A stretch of 63,509 nt of DNA, filler included, from Octopus bimaculoides (GCF_001194135.2; 5 parts of 5 records of this genome joined end to end with filler, not necessarily neighbours in it), one strand, 5' to 3'; shown: positions 11,484 through 25,959, counted from the whole stretch's first letter. Numbers and translations: made by a program. The notes: generated from the letters alone by a model not told the origin.

Positions 11484-13369
11484 GTGACACCCCTTCCTAT
11501 ATATAGTCTGTTTTGCATCTACCACACACACACACACACATATATACAAATATAAAGAAACATTGCTACTTGCGTATAAAAATGCCTTGTTGGAACACAC
11601 ACATAGATTCACTATATATTCAGTGTTCTTAATAAGATTCTTATTTAATATACGAGAGTTTGAAAAATAAGTGAAATTAAACAATACAATAAAGAAATGA
11701 GACTTGTAGAATTATGAAACGAGAAAGGAATTTCAAAGTTGTTATTGAAGAAGACTAAGGTAAAATTGCTTAATGTGTTTTTCTATTTTGTTTTGAATTG
11801 TCAAGAACTCAAATGAAATAAGAAAGAATAGAAAACAAAAACACAAAGAGAAAATAATTAAAAAAAGAAAAAGACATATCTGAAAAAAATCCATTTGAGA
11901 TGAAAGATAATAAAAACTCCAAAAAGGTGCAACTGAGATTTGAAATGCATTATCTGTTTATTCTTAGATTTTAAAACTCTTCAAGCAGCTTTCATCTTCC
12001 TTTACATTCTCTAAGCAGGCTTTATTTTTCAAAAGCTGTGTAAAATAAGAAGTTAAATTCAGGCTACAATGAAAGACCATGTTTATTCTAAATTCACACT
12101 GTAAATCAAACATTAGTATGGTTATGTAAAAAGATAGCTTAATTTGAATTATTTCTCTATCGCATGGTTAAAATGAAACAACATGTATACTATGAAACAA
12201 AACTATATTCCCAATGATATCATTAGAGGTGGGACATTTTGGAAGGGATAACTATTCTAATTAAATCTCGTAAATTCAAATGTCAAGCAAATATCCAATT
12301 TAGTCTTCGACAAAATGTTGTTACTATACATAAAATTAACTTTACGTCTGGTTTACAAACTTATTATTTTTTGGCTCAAGGTAATTCTATTTGATTGTTA
12401 AATGCTGCACAGTAAAGGAAAGGGAAACATTGAGCTGCAATTTTGAAACGGAATGTTATCCTAAACGTGATGTTAATGATACTTTGGATGACAGGGAATT
12501 TGTCTGCCGTGTTACATTCTCACAAAGCATGAAGTGAATGTAATTTCAGTTTATCAAAGTTGATAATGTAGCTGTGTTGCTACTGGCTTCACAATAGTTT
12601 TCGTTTTGATGTAGTGTCAATGACTGATAAAACTAGTCAAAGTAGAAGAGAAGCAGTTAGATGAGAGGTATGTTAATGTAATGGGAGAAAAATTAAAAGC
12701 CTCTTGCATTCTTTCTCTACCAGAGAAGATTTTGCAGCATTTTTAAACCTTATCTTTTCTCCGTTTTCAATGTACTTGCCATATAAAACTTATTCCGTTT
12801 AAGTAGTTCTTCTGACATGCATGCCAAATCATCTTGAATTTTTATGCATTCTAGTCATTTCATATTGACCGTGGAACTCTACATCATTCATTACAAATGG
12901 GAACATTTCTGCTTTCTAATATGTCAGTTGTAAGCTATTCTAGTGCACTATACATCTTGCTGATATGGAAGATCAATTGCAGTCTAAAATGCTTGCATGA
13001 TTGTCAGCTTGGTTCCACCATTATACATGCAAGTGATGTCCATCTATTCTCCTAACAGTATCTACTTTATGCCAGACTGACTCTTATTATAATCAACCTG
13101 ACTTTGTCATTCCTGTGAACCAACCGAAATGCAAGTAATGCCAAGGCATGTAAGCCCATTAACTGTTGCTTCTACTGATGCCGATGCAAGAAATAGACAC
13201 CAAAGACTAACCTGAAATTACAGGTTCCCCCTCACTCTGTAATCTCTGCAATAAGCAGTCATTCTATGAAAGTAATCGATTTCTCTGATGTTATTATATT
13301 AACTTAAATAATTGTTGGGGCAACATTTATTAGCTCATATTGACTTCTTTTTCATTTGCTTCAACATCA

Positions 13370-13580
13370 TCATCGTCATCATCATCAATTTTTAATGTCC
13401 ATCTTTCATGATGGCATGAGTAAGATGATTTTGACAAGATCTAATGAGTGTAAGGACTGCATTGTACTCCAGTGTTTGCTTTGACATGGTTTCTGCAGCT
13501 GGATACCCTTTCTAAGGCAAACCATTTCACTGTGTACTGGGTGTGTGTGTTTTTTTTTATTATGGCACCACACTAATGAT
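13370..13580 (-). mobile_element. Diverged copy of repeat family C (RTE-like 3' end/SINE ending ...GGACGTTAAA(TGA)n)
   Basis: CATCATC..TTTTAATGTCCATCTTTCATG..GGTTTCTGCAGCTGGATACCCTTTCTAAGGCAAACC; homologous to 26640-26915. Confidence 0.6.
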
Positions 13581-13873
13581 GTCTTCAGGCATCAATGTAT
13601 TATTTATATTTATTCTTCAAAATGCAAAAAAAAAAAAGAAAAATCCAAATAATGACTAAATAATTAATATTAATTAAAATTTCATCAGAAGTAGGCTGTC
13701 TACTATTTTGCCTCTAATATTAGTTGTTATTTGATCCAAATGATTATGAAATTCCTCCACAGTCATAGAACTGCCAATATATTGGAAGTTCTTTATTACT
13801 TGCAGCTGTAAGTGTCTGCATTGACTCAACGAAGCATTATTGAGAAATAAGTGAAGAATATATTCCTTGATCC

Positions 13874-14077
13874 AAAACAGCGAGCTGGCAGAAGCGTTAG
13901 CACGCCAGGCAAAATGCTTAGCAGTATTTCATGTCTTTACATTCTGAGTTCAAATTCTGCCAAGGTCGACTTTCATCCTTTGGGGGTCGATAAATTAGGT
14001 ACTGGTTGCATACTGGGGTTGATCTAATTGACTGGCATCTCTCCCCCAAAATTTCAGGCCTTGTGCCTAGAGTAGAA
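13874..14077 (+). mobile_element. SINE family B copy with 20-bp target-site duplication
   Basis: Direct repeat AAGAATATATTCCTTGATCC at 13854-13873 and 14078-14097 flanks the element. Confidence 0.9.
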
Positions 14078-14169
14078 AAGAATATATTCCTTGATCCGCG
14101 CATTTAGAATCGATGATTGAGAGATTTACCAGTGCACACAGCTGACTATTGATTTTAGAAAGCCATAAG

Positions 14170-14530
14170 GCTGTGAGCTGGCAGAATCATTAGAACACTG
14201 GAAAAATGCTCAGTGGCAGTTCAAATTCCACTGAGGTCGATTCTGCCTTACATTTTTTCACAGTCAATAAAATAAATAACTGTTGAGCTTTGGGGGTGAT
14301 GTAATTGACTTGTCCTATCCCTCGAAATTGCTGGTCTTGTGCCAAAATTTGAAACCATTAAAGGTGGTGGATTGACAGAATCGTTAGCATACTGGGCAAA
14401 ATGCTGAGTGGTGTTTCATTGGTCCTTGTGTTCTGAGTTCAAATTCATAAGTAACCAGTTGAACACTAGGGTTGATGTAATCAACTTATTCCTCTCAAAA
14501 AATTGCTGGCCTTGTGCCAAAATTTGAAAC
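14170..14530 (+). mobile_element. Two tandem SINE family B copies
   Basis: Heads at ~14170 and ~14362; both end (G)CTTGTGCCAAAATTTGAAAC. Confidence 0.75.
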
Positions 14531-16519
14531 TGATTTTAGAAAGCATAAAATTCTGGATGCATGGCTAGAATTATTATTATTAGTACCTGTTTAAATGTTT
14601 TTCCAATACAGTGCTTCCATATAGAGAAAAAAAAATGACTGTTTAAGAACTATGTGAAATGGGAAGAAATTTTTAGTTCAAACTTTAATACTTTCATATG
14701 CAAATACTATATTCTGATTATTTAAACAATCTCCAACTGTTGGCAAATCTAGAATTACATAAATAATATCAGAAATGCATACACGTTTATAAGCAGTCCT
14801 AATACAACTCCATATAAATACACACATATTATTGATACTGACATGGACAAATACAAACACATTTTGACGAGGAATTAAAATCAATTATTTCATTTTGAAT
14901 GTAGTATGGAAATCAATAGAAAACAAAAAGTTGAATGTTCAATATTACTTTGTGAATGCTCATTCAACCTCACTTCCAATATTCCCCTTTTTCTTAACAT
15001 TTTTTTCCCTTGTGTTCTTTCTAGATTTCTATCCAACACCAACAATGGCAGAAATCAATTTAATATATTATATGAGGGAAATGATTCAAGATTTTTCTGA
15101 AAAGAACATTTTAGTGTAGATTGCTTAGAGTCAAGGACACACAAGATTAATAGTTGCTTTGCAAAGTCTGTCCTTCTCCAAGACTATTATATAAACGAAT
15201 GCACTGCAGGAGACCATGAAATCACAAGCATCCTCCACATATATTTAGAAGAAGAAGAAGAAGAAGAAAAAGAAGAAGAAGAAGAAGAAGAAGAAGAAGA
15301 AGAACAAGAACAAGAACAACAACAACAACAACAACAACGAACGAAAGAAAGAAAGGAATTAAAGGCAAAAAGAACATTGCTTAATGCACCAATATACACA
15401 TTTAGAAATAAGGATGAAACATTACTTTGTTTCTTTGATTCTCTTTTAAACCTTTATACTTTCAAATTGGTAATGATGATGATGATGATGAAGAAGAAAA
15501 AGAAGACAATGATGTTAATGATGGTGATGATAGTAGTGGTGATAGCAAGAAATGCTCAAAATAAATCAGCATGCAAATGCAGGATTTGAAAGTAAACAAC
15601 AACAAAAAAAGACATAAACAAACGAAATTTTAATGGGAAAATAAGAAATGATAGCTGTACTTTTGTGTGATTTGATCTCCGTCTTTCATCCACAGAAACA
15701 CTGCATGACACAACTATTGCACGTGTCATTGGAAAGGAGATAAAAAAAGAAAAAATATATATATTTGGAAAGAAAAGTTTTTAAAAAATGGAAGACAGCA
15801 TAATTTATTTTTCTTACTTGGAGAAGGAGGAAGTTCAATTTTGATGTAAAATGTTGTGATAATGTATTTTTTATTGTCTGCTGCTTATATCTATCATCTC
15901 CATTTTTTTTTGTCTAATTATATCTTGGCACTTTTGGCAGAGCTGCTTTATTTTCCTCTCTTCTTTAAAACCAGCAAGAATTAAAGAAATATTTTTTCCT
16001 TTGGCGTTTTTTTTTTCCCATGTTTTACTCAATGTGTACAATATCGTTTTTCCATTTAATTCCATAAAATGTGAAGGAAATTTTAATCCAACATTGTAAA
16101 AGTAGTTTGAGAATGCCATCGAGGTAAAGCAACAGAGAAAGGAATGACAAGACAGAGCATGAAGAAAGCTATGTCACTGAAATGGAAGGCAAGTGTTATG
16201 TATGTGTATGCAAGAATTAACACTTTGAGAACTGGTTCCTACCAGCTCAGAGTAAACCAATTTCTGAAAAGCAACTGGTTTGCTTTCATCAAATATATAA
16301 GATGACAGGGACCAGGAAGAAAGTGTAAAAAGTGAAAGTGTTTAGGTGAAAGATAGGGAACTGAAGAGTCCGAAGCAGATATTAAGTGAAAATTGTTAGA
16401 GAGGATATTAAGAAACCAGTTACTTTAGGAATGTCTTCAGCTACAAACATTAATAAACACTTCAGGTTTTCCTGGTTGACTGCCTCCTTTTATCAGGTTT
16501 GTGGAATTTCAAACAATAA

Positions 16520-16700
16520 TAATAATAATTGTTTCAAATTTTGGTACCAGACCAGAAATTTTAGAGGGAGGCAGGTCTAGTTGGTTGCATCAACCCCAGT
16601 ATTTAATCATTATTTTATCAAACCTGAAAGGATGAATGACAAAGCTAAGCAAGGCAGGATTTAAGCTCAGTGTGTAAAGGGCAGGAAGAAATTGTGCCAA
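16520..16700 (-). mobile_element. SINE family B copy (diverged)
   Basis: (AAT)n GTTTCAAATTTTGGTACCAGACCAG..CAACCCCAG..AAAGGATGAA. Confidence 0.6.
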
Positions 16701-16764
16701 CCACTTTATGGAGAGCCCTGGGTGCTTTTTTCATGACACTGGCACAAATTTACATAGCAAGGGT

Positions 16765-16797
<33 letters not shown>

Positions 16798-16834
16798 GTA
16801 TATATATATATATATTTTGTCTTTAACTTCTTCA

Positions 16835-17050
16835 AATCACCATCATCATTATTTAATATCCATTTTCTATGCTGGCATGGGTTGGATGGTTTGACAGGGG
16901 ATTGCAAACTAGAGAGCTGCACCAGGCCCCAATTGTCTGTTTTGGCAAGGTTTCTACAGTTGGATGCCCTTCCTTATGCCAAGCACTTTATAAAGTGAAC
17001 TGAGTGCTTTTTACATGGCACTAACACCAGTGGAGTTGCCAAGTATTTGC
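16835..17050 (-). mobile_element. Repeat family C copy (diverged)
   Basis: CATCATC..TTTAATATCCATTTTCTATGCTGGCATGGGTTGGATGG..GGTTTCTACAGTTGGATGCCCTTCCTTATGCC. Confidence 0.7.
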
Positions 17051-19268
17051 AAGACAAATCCTTCTTGGCTGGGAGAAGAAACAGTAATGGGGAGGAGTGG
17101 CTTTGGTCAAGTTGAGAGGTTAATGTATAATAGAGGGATAGTGCTAGATGTCTTTCTATAGAGGACATACTTGGCCAAGGAGAGGAAGAAGATATATTGA
17201 GACAAAGATAAAGAGAAATAGATGGTGTTGGAGATACATCAGAATCTAATCACAGAGAACAGTAGTGGTGGTGGAGGTGGGGAGAATATATGTGGGATAG
17301 AGGGGGATGTTTCATAAGTGTGTCAGGAGTGATGTGTGAGAAATGTGGAAGAGGTGACTGTAGCAAGTGATGGTGAAAGATATAGGAGTGGCTGAGATCA
17401 CCTCCCCCTCCTCAAATTTATTGGTGTATATAGTTATTTCTTAGTTGTTTTATTTTGTCTTAACCTTCCTGTTTTCCATGTTTACCAAAATTCTTGTTGA
17501 CTATCTTTCCATCTTTGATTACTGTCCAATGACTTTGTGCCATTCACTCCTCTCTCTTATCCTTCACCATTTTATTATTTTTAATTTATCATTCTTCATT
17601 ATTTTTCGTTTCATTCTCTTTTTTACTCTTTCTAATCTGTTTATTTGGAACCATCAGTAAACTCCACCAAACAAGCAAATAATGCAGACCAAAATGATAT
17701 TCTTTTCTTTTACTCACAGTATACTTATTTATTCTGCAAGGATCTATCTTTGCTTCACTTTTACACTGAGCCATTTTGGGCTTACATTCACAGAAGAGGT
17801 TAAAAGTAAAATCATAAGTACTATTGACAGAATTTAAATGGGAAAAACCTGGAAATCCTATCAAGAAAACCAGGAAAAGACACAAAAGCTACACAATCCC
17901 ACCCACCCCAGCTCCTAATCATAGATGCTGTTGTTAAGAAAATGAGCTCTCAATGAGCAAGACCACCCCTTCATATTTTCATACATTGTAAGTGTCCAAT
18001 CCATGCCAGCATGGAAAAAGGAGATGTAATGATGATGATGCAATTCATAAAATATCATAATCAAAGTGTATTAATTACACTAATTTCTTGAATTTCCTCA
18101 TTGTATGGAATTATGTGCCAGAAACAAAACTAAAATTTCAAAATTAAAAAAAGAAAAATTATAAACTCACACACTGATTTGATTTCACTTCTTTATTATT
18201 CATAGCTTGATTAACTGTTTAATCAATTGATGAATAAAACATTCCTATACATCAAATGTGAATGGTCTAACCCCTGATATTCAGGCAGCATTATAGGACT
18301 CAGGGCAAAGCATATCACAACCACAGTGTGCAGAGAAGAGCATTGGATTCCTTAGACCCATAGTCTCACCTCCTGGGACAACTGCTCTGTATGCCCATAT
18401 TTGCAGAGAAATAACAACTATAAGACAAGAATATTTAAATCTCAATAAAGTCACTACTTCACATTAGTTAAAACATTTATTATTATTTCAATAAGAACAC
18501 TTCCACAAGTTAGATATCTCTGAGCACACGGAATGTTTTATCATATGTAAGAAATTTTTAATTTATGTCTCTTGGGGTTAAAAAATAAAAAATGAAGGAA
18601 AATGAAAGAAGTAATGCTTTCTTGATAAGTTTAATGAAGTCAGGAAGTAGAGAAGATTTTTCTGCCAATTTTAATCAGGAATATATATGTTTCTATGTAA
18701 TTAATTTCAAAATAATCCAAAACATGAAAGCATCTATCTGTACAACAAGCAGAGTTGATTCTAAAATAGAGATATGATATGGTTGCCAGAGAATTTTGCT
18801 GTATATAGAAATGAAAACTAAAATGTCCGCATGATAAAACATAATTAAAAGCAAAAATAAATAGGGACAAATTGCAAATATCAATAATTAAAAATATGGG
18901 GAGAAATGTTTGTTCTTTAAGAAGATAAAGTAAAGCCTTCACAAATTTAGAAAATTCTATTTCAAAAGAAGAAATATTCCTATTCAATGAGATATTCCTA
19001 TCGGTAATTTTAATAAATCTAAAAAACAATAAAAAATGATAACAATAAATTAGTAATGGCAAAATTGGTATCTTTGAATATAGCAACTATCAGATTATTT
19101 TATTTTGGAATAATCCAGGATAATGGTATTTGAGTCAAAATAATTTTGAAAGGTAATTTCTTATAGCCAAATGGAAGTATTTAAAAAACTGACTGTATGT
19201 AAAGAAATGATCTAATTAGAACCATAAGATCACCTACAAGAACTTAACTTGTTAACCTGAATTTGTGT

Positions 19269-19299
<31 letters not shown>

Positions 19300-20150
19300 C
19301 ACATACACACCTATGAATATGCTTCTCTCTGCACTGTATCTCTTAACCTTCTCAACACCAACACTTTTAATCATGTCATACAACCCACTGCAATTCTGCC
19401 TATCTATTTGAAAACCAGGATACACACAGTGCTACAATATAAGCACACGTACATATGTACAACACTTCCTCAAAGACTCACTATGTACTTACAATAAAGA
19501 GCAATTGCAACACAGTCTGCAATTCAACATCAAACCAAAGCTAGATAGGAAAACATTAGTAAGACAACCATTTTGAATAGAATTCTTCACAAAAATAGCT
19601 CACTCATGAGGGAAGCATTATGCGTAACACAACCCTATGCTGAAAGATATAGAAGGGTGTCGGACACATTTGCAATACTGAAGTATATTTATATTATTCA
19701 CTAAAAAGGAAACTTGTAGAGTATGCCCCCCTCCCCATCACCACATTGTCTGCATCAAGAGATTACTCTGAATGTGTAATTTTCAACATGTTAAAACATT
19801 TTGTCAGAGTTCCATTAAGTTTTTTGCTATAATGTGGAAAAGAAGAGAAAAAATTACAGTTTGTATCCATCCTGAAAATTTCATGACAAGTGTTAGTTTA
19901 ACAACAAAAAGTCTAGGGTTGATGACAGGAAGAAAATTTAGCTGCAAAACACTACTTTCAAAAGGGAAGCATTGTTATTAGAAAACACAGGAGCCTGCAA
20001 TGTTAACCCATGGTGCAGCAGTAAGGGGAAATCGATTCAAAATACTTCTGTGTGAAAATTCCTTAAAGTGAAGTATTAAACACACACATAACCCTGTCTT
20101 CCAAATAGTGTTTTTAAAAGTAAAGATCTTGTTTGTATACACACACACAC

Positions 20151-20190
<40 letters not shown>

Positions 20191-20359
20191 GCATGTATAT
20201 ATGTGTGTGCGTGTATGTATGTATATGTGTGTGTGTGTGTGTATATGAATAAACACACACACATATTTATATGTATGTATATATATATATGTATATGAGA
20301 CAAGCAGAGAAGGAGGGATTCATATACATTATTATACACACACACACACGTGGTTACAT

Positions 20360-20416
<57 letters not shown>

Positions 20417-21235
20417 TATATATATACATATATATATAAGTTGTGGTAATGAAGTTAGATTAATAGTGATATTTTGAAATCATTTAATATGTACATTTCA
20501 GGTTTGTGTAATATACTTATTACAGGAAATTCATCCATTACACAAGAATCTGCTCAGTTAAAACATTTCAAAGAAAGTTATATGCAATGGGTTCATTTCC
20601 TATTATATATTACTGAGACCTGAAGTGTATGTATTAAATGACCTCAAAATATCATTATTTGCTTGGACTTCATTATTATGACTCCAACTGACTCATTGCC
20701 AATACAAATTGGAGTGCAGACTCCACTTATGTGGATACTCTAACAGCAATTTGGAGCAATTTGTTATATTTGACTCGTGTCAAAAATTCTGCTACCATGC
20801 ACCACTTAGTGTAACACAAAATTATTCACACACACACACATTTGTATACATATAGAGGGTGATGTGCATAGACACATGAATTAAAAGTGATTCATTGTGT
20901 GCATACAAAGTAATATATATCCAAACACATCTTTCAAAGAATATCAATAAATTATTACAAATGAATTTTCTTTTCTTTAGACCAGTATGTCAAACGGTAG
21001 AAAAATCATATATCTAAATTATTCATTTAATGAAAATAGAGTCAGGGAGATTTTTCAAGTTTCTGCTAAAATTGCATCTTAAGTTTATTGCTTATAAATT
21101 ATTCAGTGACTGTAAGAAGTAGTATTTTCAAGTTTAGCAGGTGAAAACCATTGAAAAATATTGACTTTAAAATATTGATGGTATGAGTTTTAGTGATTTC
21201 ACAATTGATTAATAGTTAAGAGCAGATTAGACGAA

Positions 21236-21324
<89 letters not shown>

Positions 21325-23089
21325 TGTCTATCTTTCACTACATACATATCTACACACTTACATATGTATATTAGACAGACAGACAGACAGATAAAAAGGT
21401 TCTGATGAAGTGTTATGCTTATATTTACCTGTGTATGAATTTGTAAAGGTATCTCTTGTTTTAAAGAATACTAACAAAAGGGGGAGAACAGCACATACAC
21501 ACACACACACACAGAAGTTTTAAATGCTATAAATTAATTAAAAGAAACAAGAAATTCTCTGCTGGAAGGTCATTGGTTTGTTTCTTGCATTATCTCAAAG
21601 CTTCGCGATTTCAATAATGTCATTATATATTTTCAGAATGACATTGTAGGGTAGGTGTGAGAGGCTGGATATGGCTGGTTTGAACATAATATAGGTAGAA
21701 TATTTGGGCTTGATTTAACTGGTTTAAATGGTAAAGGATTAAATAACATTTCCATTGCACAGTTGTGTCATAAATTGTTATTTTATCTACAATCCTTTTG
21801 GTCCATAAATAATTCAGTGAATTTTTTATTAAAAAAATCCACAATTTTTTTGCAAAAGCATTAAGCCTTAGACATAAGAGAGTAAAAGAGAGTTGTACAA
21901 AGAAAAGGAATATATATATAATTACCTGACTAGATGTTTACGGACTTCTATAAACATTGTTTGTTCTTTGACATTTGACAACTTTCAAATACACAGCAGT
22001 AACACTTTCAGAGTCACAGCTGGAAATACAGAGATTGAAACAGCTTTGCGAATACCGCCCTTCCCCTCTAAATGAGTACCAGTATCCAGAACTTCTAGCC
22101 TCTGCCAGTAAACATCATCCTTCCTGTTTGTTGTAGCATTAATTTCAAGTTCTGTTTCTGTTTACGAGTTTTAAATTTTCGGATTTAAACTTTATGGAGC
22201 CAAAACATACTAATCACCTGTAGTGAAATCTTGTAACTTCCAGCTTCATTCTGCACATACAGAGAAAGAACGTGCTTTATAAGAACAGAGAGAAAAATGA
22301 TATAAAAGAAAAACACCATTGTTAGCATGAATAAGTAAACATGTTTGTCATTTTGATATCATTTTTATTTTGTGTACTTGTTTTATTGTATATGGGTTTT
22401 ATATTTTTGACCATGCTTAAATGGAATTGTCTTTGCAAATTGGAAAATTTACATATGGTTGAAGCAAGTAATTTCAGAGATGGATGCACATTTCCCTCCC
22501 AACTATTCAACTGTAAAGTGTTGTAATAACTGAGTTGCGATATCTCTTCTCTGTCTACTGACGTTGCTTGACAATGTAACATCAGCAGTGAAGTGTGACC
22601 GATACTGAAGTTGGAATCCTGCTCTGAGGTTATTCTTTCTCTGAGTTTCTTTATCTTATTTATGTAAATATTTACAAACCAGCACTGAATAAATTGTGCG
22701 GATTAAAGACTTCTGGAGAGATTTTATATATGAAAAAATATTTTAAATTTTAATGAAAACAAAATGTCAGAAGACATTTTCATTTATCAGCTTTAGTTTT
22801 AAAATATTACTGAAAAAAATATTTAATTGTTCAATGTTTTATTAGTCTATTTCTAAATGAGTTTTCATACAAAGATTTTAATGAAATTTCTCACCAAAGC
22901 TCAAATGTAATGAGGAATTAGAATACATTGATTTTTGACATAGAAGAAAGATTTGAAGCATGAGAGAAAAGCACAGTTCATTTTCTTCTACCTCATCTCT
23001 TGCCCTGCACTTTTCATACTCATCTTTGGAATGATACAAGATATAAAGCTGACTTCAGACAGGCTTATAAAAATAAAATATAAGGAAGT

Positions 23090-23248
23090 TACTGAGTGGC
23101 TGTGTGGTAAGTAGCTTGTTTCACAACCACATGGGTCCAGGTTCAGTCCCACTGTGTGGCACCTTGGGCAAGTGTCTTCTACTATAGCCTCAGGCCAACC
23201 AAAGCCTTGTGAGTGGATTTGGTAGATGGAAACTGAAAGAAGCCTGTT

Positions 23249-23285
<37 letters not shown>

Positions 23286-23510
23286 TGTCAGTGTTTGTTC
23301 CCCCCCCACCACCATTGCTTGACAACTGATGTTGGTGTGTTTACATTTCCCATAACTCAGCAGTTTGGCAAAAGAGACCAATAGAATAAGTACTAGGCTT
23401 ACAAAGAATGAGTGCTGGGGTGGATTTGTTCGACTTAAGGCGGTGCTCCAACATGGCCTCAGTCAAGATGACTGAAACAAGTAAAAGCATAAAAGAAAAG
23501 AAAGAAAGAG
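23090..23510 (+). mobile_element. tRNA-derived SINE family A with internal (TG)n and 3' GTAAAAGA tail
   Basis: GTGGCTGTGTGGTAAG..GGTTCAGTCCCACTG..CCTTGGGCAAGTG..GTGAGTGGATTTGGTAGA..GACTGAAACAAGTAAAAG. Confidence 0.85.
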
Positions 23511-24329
23511 TAAATTTAGCTGAAGTAAACCGAAGAAAGTTACAAGAGGCCCAGATTACAGTGCTATTACATCGACATCAATGATTAATGGTGAAATTAG
23601 AGCCACTCTGTGAATGATCGTCTTTCAATGCAGTGTTAAGCAGTTGTTTGTACAGTCATGGTAGTTGGATGGGAAGAGAAAACAAACCCTGCTCAGCTGT
23701 GTACGTCTCATGATCACAGTTGGAGAGACGGTATTATTACTACTTAATGGAACCTCAGCTCAGCGATATAACACCACTGAGTTAAGGCCTTCATAAATAA
23801 CATTTAGTTTGTGAATCTATTTGGAGTCTATTTAAAGAAAAGCAATGAAAACAATAATAATGATTTCTAATTTAGGTAGAAGGCTAGTAATTTGTGAGGT
23901 GGGAGTAATTAATTAATTAAATCAGTTGCAGCACTTGACTTGGTACTTTGTTTTATCCATCCTGGAAGGATTAACAGCAAAGTTCATCTTAGCCGGATTT
24001 GCACTTAGAATGTAAAGAGCTGGATGACTGCGACAAAGCCTTTGTTCAATATTCAAAATAATTCTGCTAATCCTTCACAATTACCACTGTTACTACTACT
24101 ACTTCTACTACTTCTACTACTACTACTACTTCTTGCAAGCGTATTTCTACAGACAGAATTGGTTGCCATAGCTCTTGGCCAATAACACCAAACTTTGATG
24201 GGAAAATGAAAACAAAAAAAAACAAAAAATGGCATAGGTATGGGGTAAGAATACATTGGTACATGACAAAGATCTAACGGTAATAATCTGAAGCATTATT
24301 GCATAGATTGAGAGGAAATCAAAAAGGAT

Positions 24330-24600
24330 CTCAATAGAGTTCTGGTGGGACAAAACTCTTGCTTATTCTGCAAGACCTCATGATATATTCTGACCAAAAG
24401 GAATTGAAAAAGAAAAAGAAAAGAAAACTATAAAAATACAAGAATCTTGAACTAGAATGAAATCGAATGCGGGGTATGAAATTGAAATGTGAATCAATAA
24501 TAATGAGTGTTGGAGGATAAAGAACTACATGAAGACAAATATGGGAAAAAAGAACCATTCCAGAGTTTACAACTCTACACACAGCATAAAACAGGCCTGC
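24330..24600 (+). pseudogene. Decayed R4/Dong-like RLE C-terminus
   Basis: Frameshifted translation FWWDK..KEKEK..KYKNLELE*NRMRGMK..IIMSVGG.., leading into GCCTGCTAAACAC (LLNT, cf. ALLGTA). Confidence 0.5.
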
Positions 24601-24736
24601 TAAACACAACCCCTGCTAAACACAACTCTTGCTAAACCCAGCTTCTTGCTAAACACAGCCCCTTCTAAACACAGCCCCTGCTAAACAAATCTCCTGCTAA
24701 ACACAGCTCCTGCTAAACACAGCCCCTGCTAAACAC
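24597..24736 (+). repeat. 16-bp minisatellite (CTGCTAAACACAGCCC), ~8.7 copies
   Basis: Units directly counted, each with small variations. Confidence 0.9.
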
Positions 24737-25959
24737 TTTTAATTCAATAGGATAATTCACGCAGTACACACTTTATACATAATCACTTAATAAAATATCA
24801 CAACACATTCTGTACAATTATCATCATCATCATCAGTATCACCATTGTTATCCTCATCAGCATCATCATCACTACAACATCATTTTTGGTATGCTTCTCT
24901 ATGGCTGGCATGAGGTGGACTGTAACATATACCAACCTGCACAGCACTTACTGTGTACACTCAACACCCAAAACTAAACATATATCACACAACACACAAC
25001 AGCTCACACTGCACATCGTATTCTACGTAACAATCGGGCAAAATACTGAGGTTGCACTAGAAGCACCAAATCAAATTCCACAACATAACACAGATATAGG
25101 ATACAGACACAATTCTTCACTTCCAAAAGACAATGCAGTGCACATCACAGTAAGACAGAGATGTACTACCGGGTTGGAAATTACATAAAACTGTAGAGAA
25201 CATGATGTGAAAACGATGATAATTATGATGATGATGATGACAATGATGATAATGGGATTTTTTTACATAATAAAAATCAAAGAAAACCCTTCTCTTGAAG
25301 TGTTATGTATTGAAGAGAATATATTTTTATCATATAAGCAATATCAGTGATGAATTGATTGCTTTTGTTTTTCTCTGTTCTACAATACTTATCAAATATT
25401 TTTATCTTTGTTTATGTTACATGACTCGTTCTCGTGATATCCCATAAAAAAAATATAAGAACAAAATGAAAACCTAAAGTAAATGTTATTATTATAATTA
25501 AAATAACTTTTTAAAATGGATTTTATTGATTTTTGCTAAATTTCCTGTGAGAAGATTTTAAATTTAGAAATCTAAATCAGACAGTTCTGATTAAAATACT
25601 TACACCTGTTCAATTAAATGAAGAAAATTTGTTTCAAATAAATTTAGAAAGAAAACTGGTTGTCTTATTAGGAACTTTAAATTCTTAACTTTAATTTTAT
25701 GAATAAAATTAAAGTTTACTAGTTTAATGTTTCAAATTTCTTTTTTTGTCAAAAAACTCTTGTGTGAAAAAATAATCAAAACAAGAAGCGGCAATGAATA
25801 TAGTTGGAACTGATTTGATTAGAGAGAGATGTGTAATGTGAACTAAATGGCATTCTATGCTTTCGGCAAAAAGCTCAAGGCTCCATACACAAGATTAAAA
25901 TCACAATATGCAATTGATTTTTAAAATGAAAGCCATGTGAAGCAAATAAAAGCTATAGA

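Noticed and set aside
15023-15119. Strong plus-strand acceptor followed by DFYPTPTMAEINLIYY..stop (similar acceptor-like sites near 9165, 13060, 28605)
   Set aside because: T-rich tracts are ubiquitous here, no peptide was recognised and no consistent exon chain could be built.
15190-15220. INECTAGDH, reminiscent of a calcium-binding EGF start
   Set aside because: The required downstream cysteines and splice sites are absent; likely chance.
24597-24736. Regular repeat array considered as CRISPR-like
   Set aside because: Contiguous 16-bp units with no unique spacers, in a eukaryotic context.
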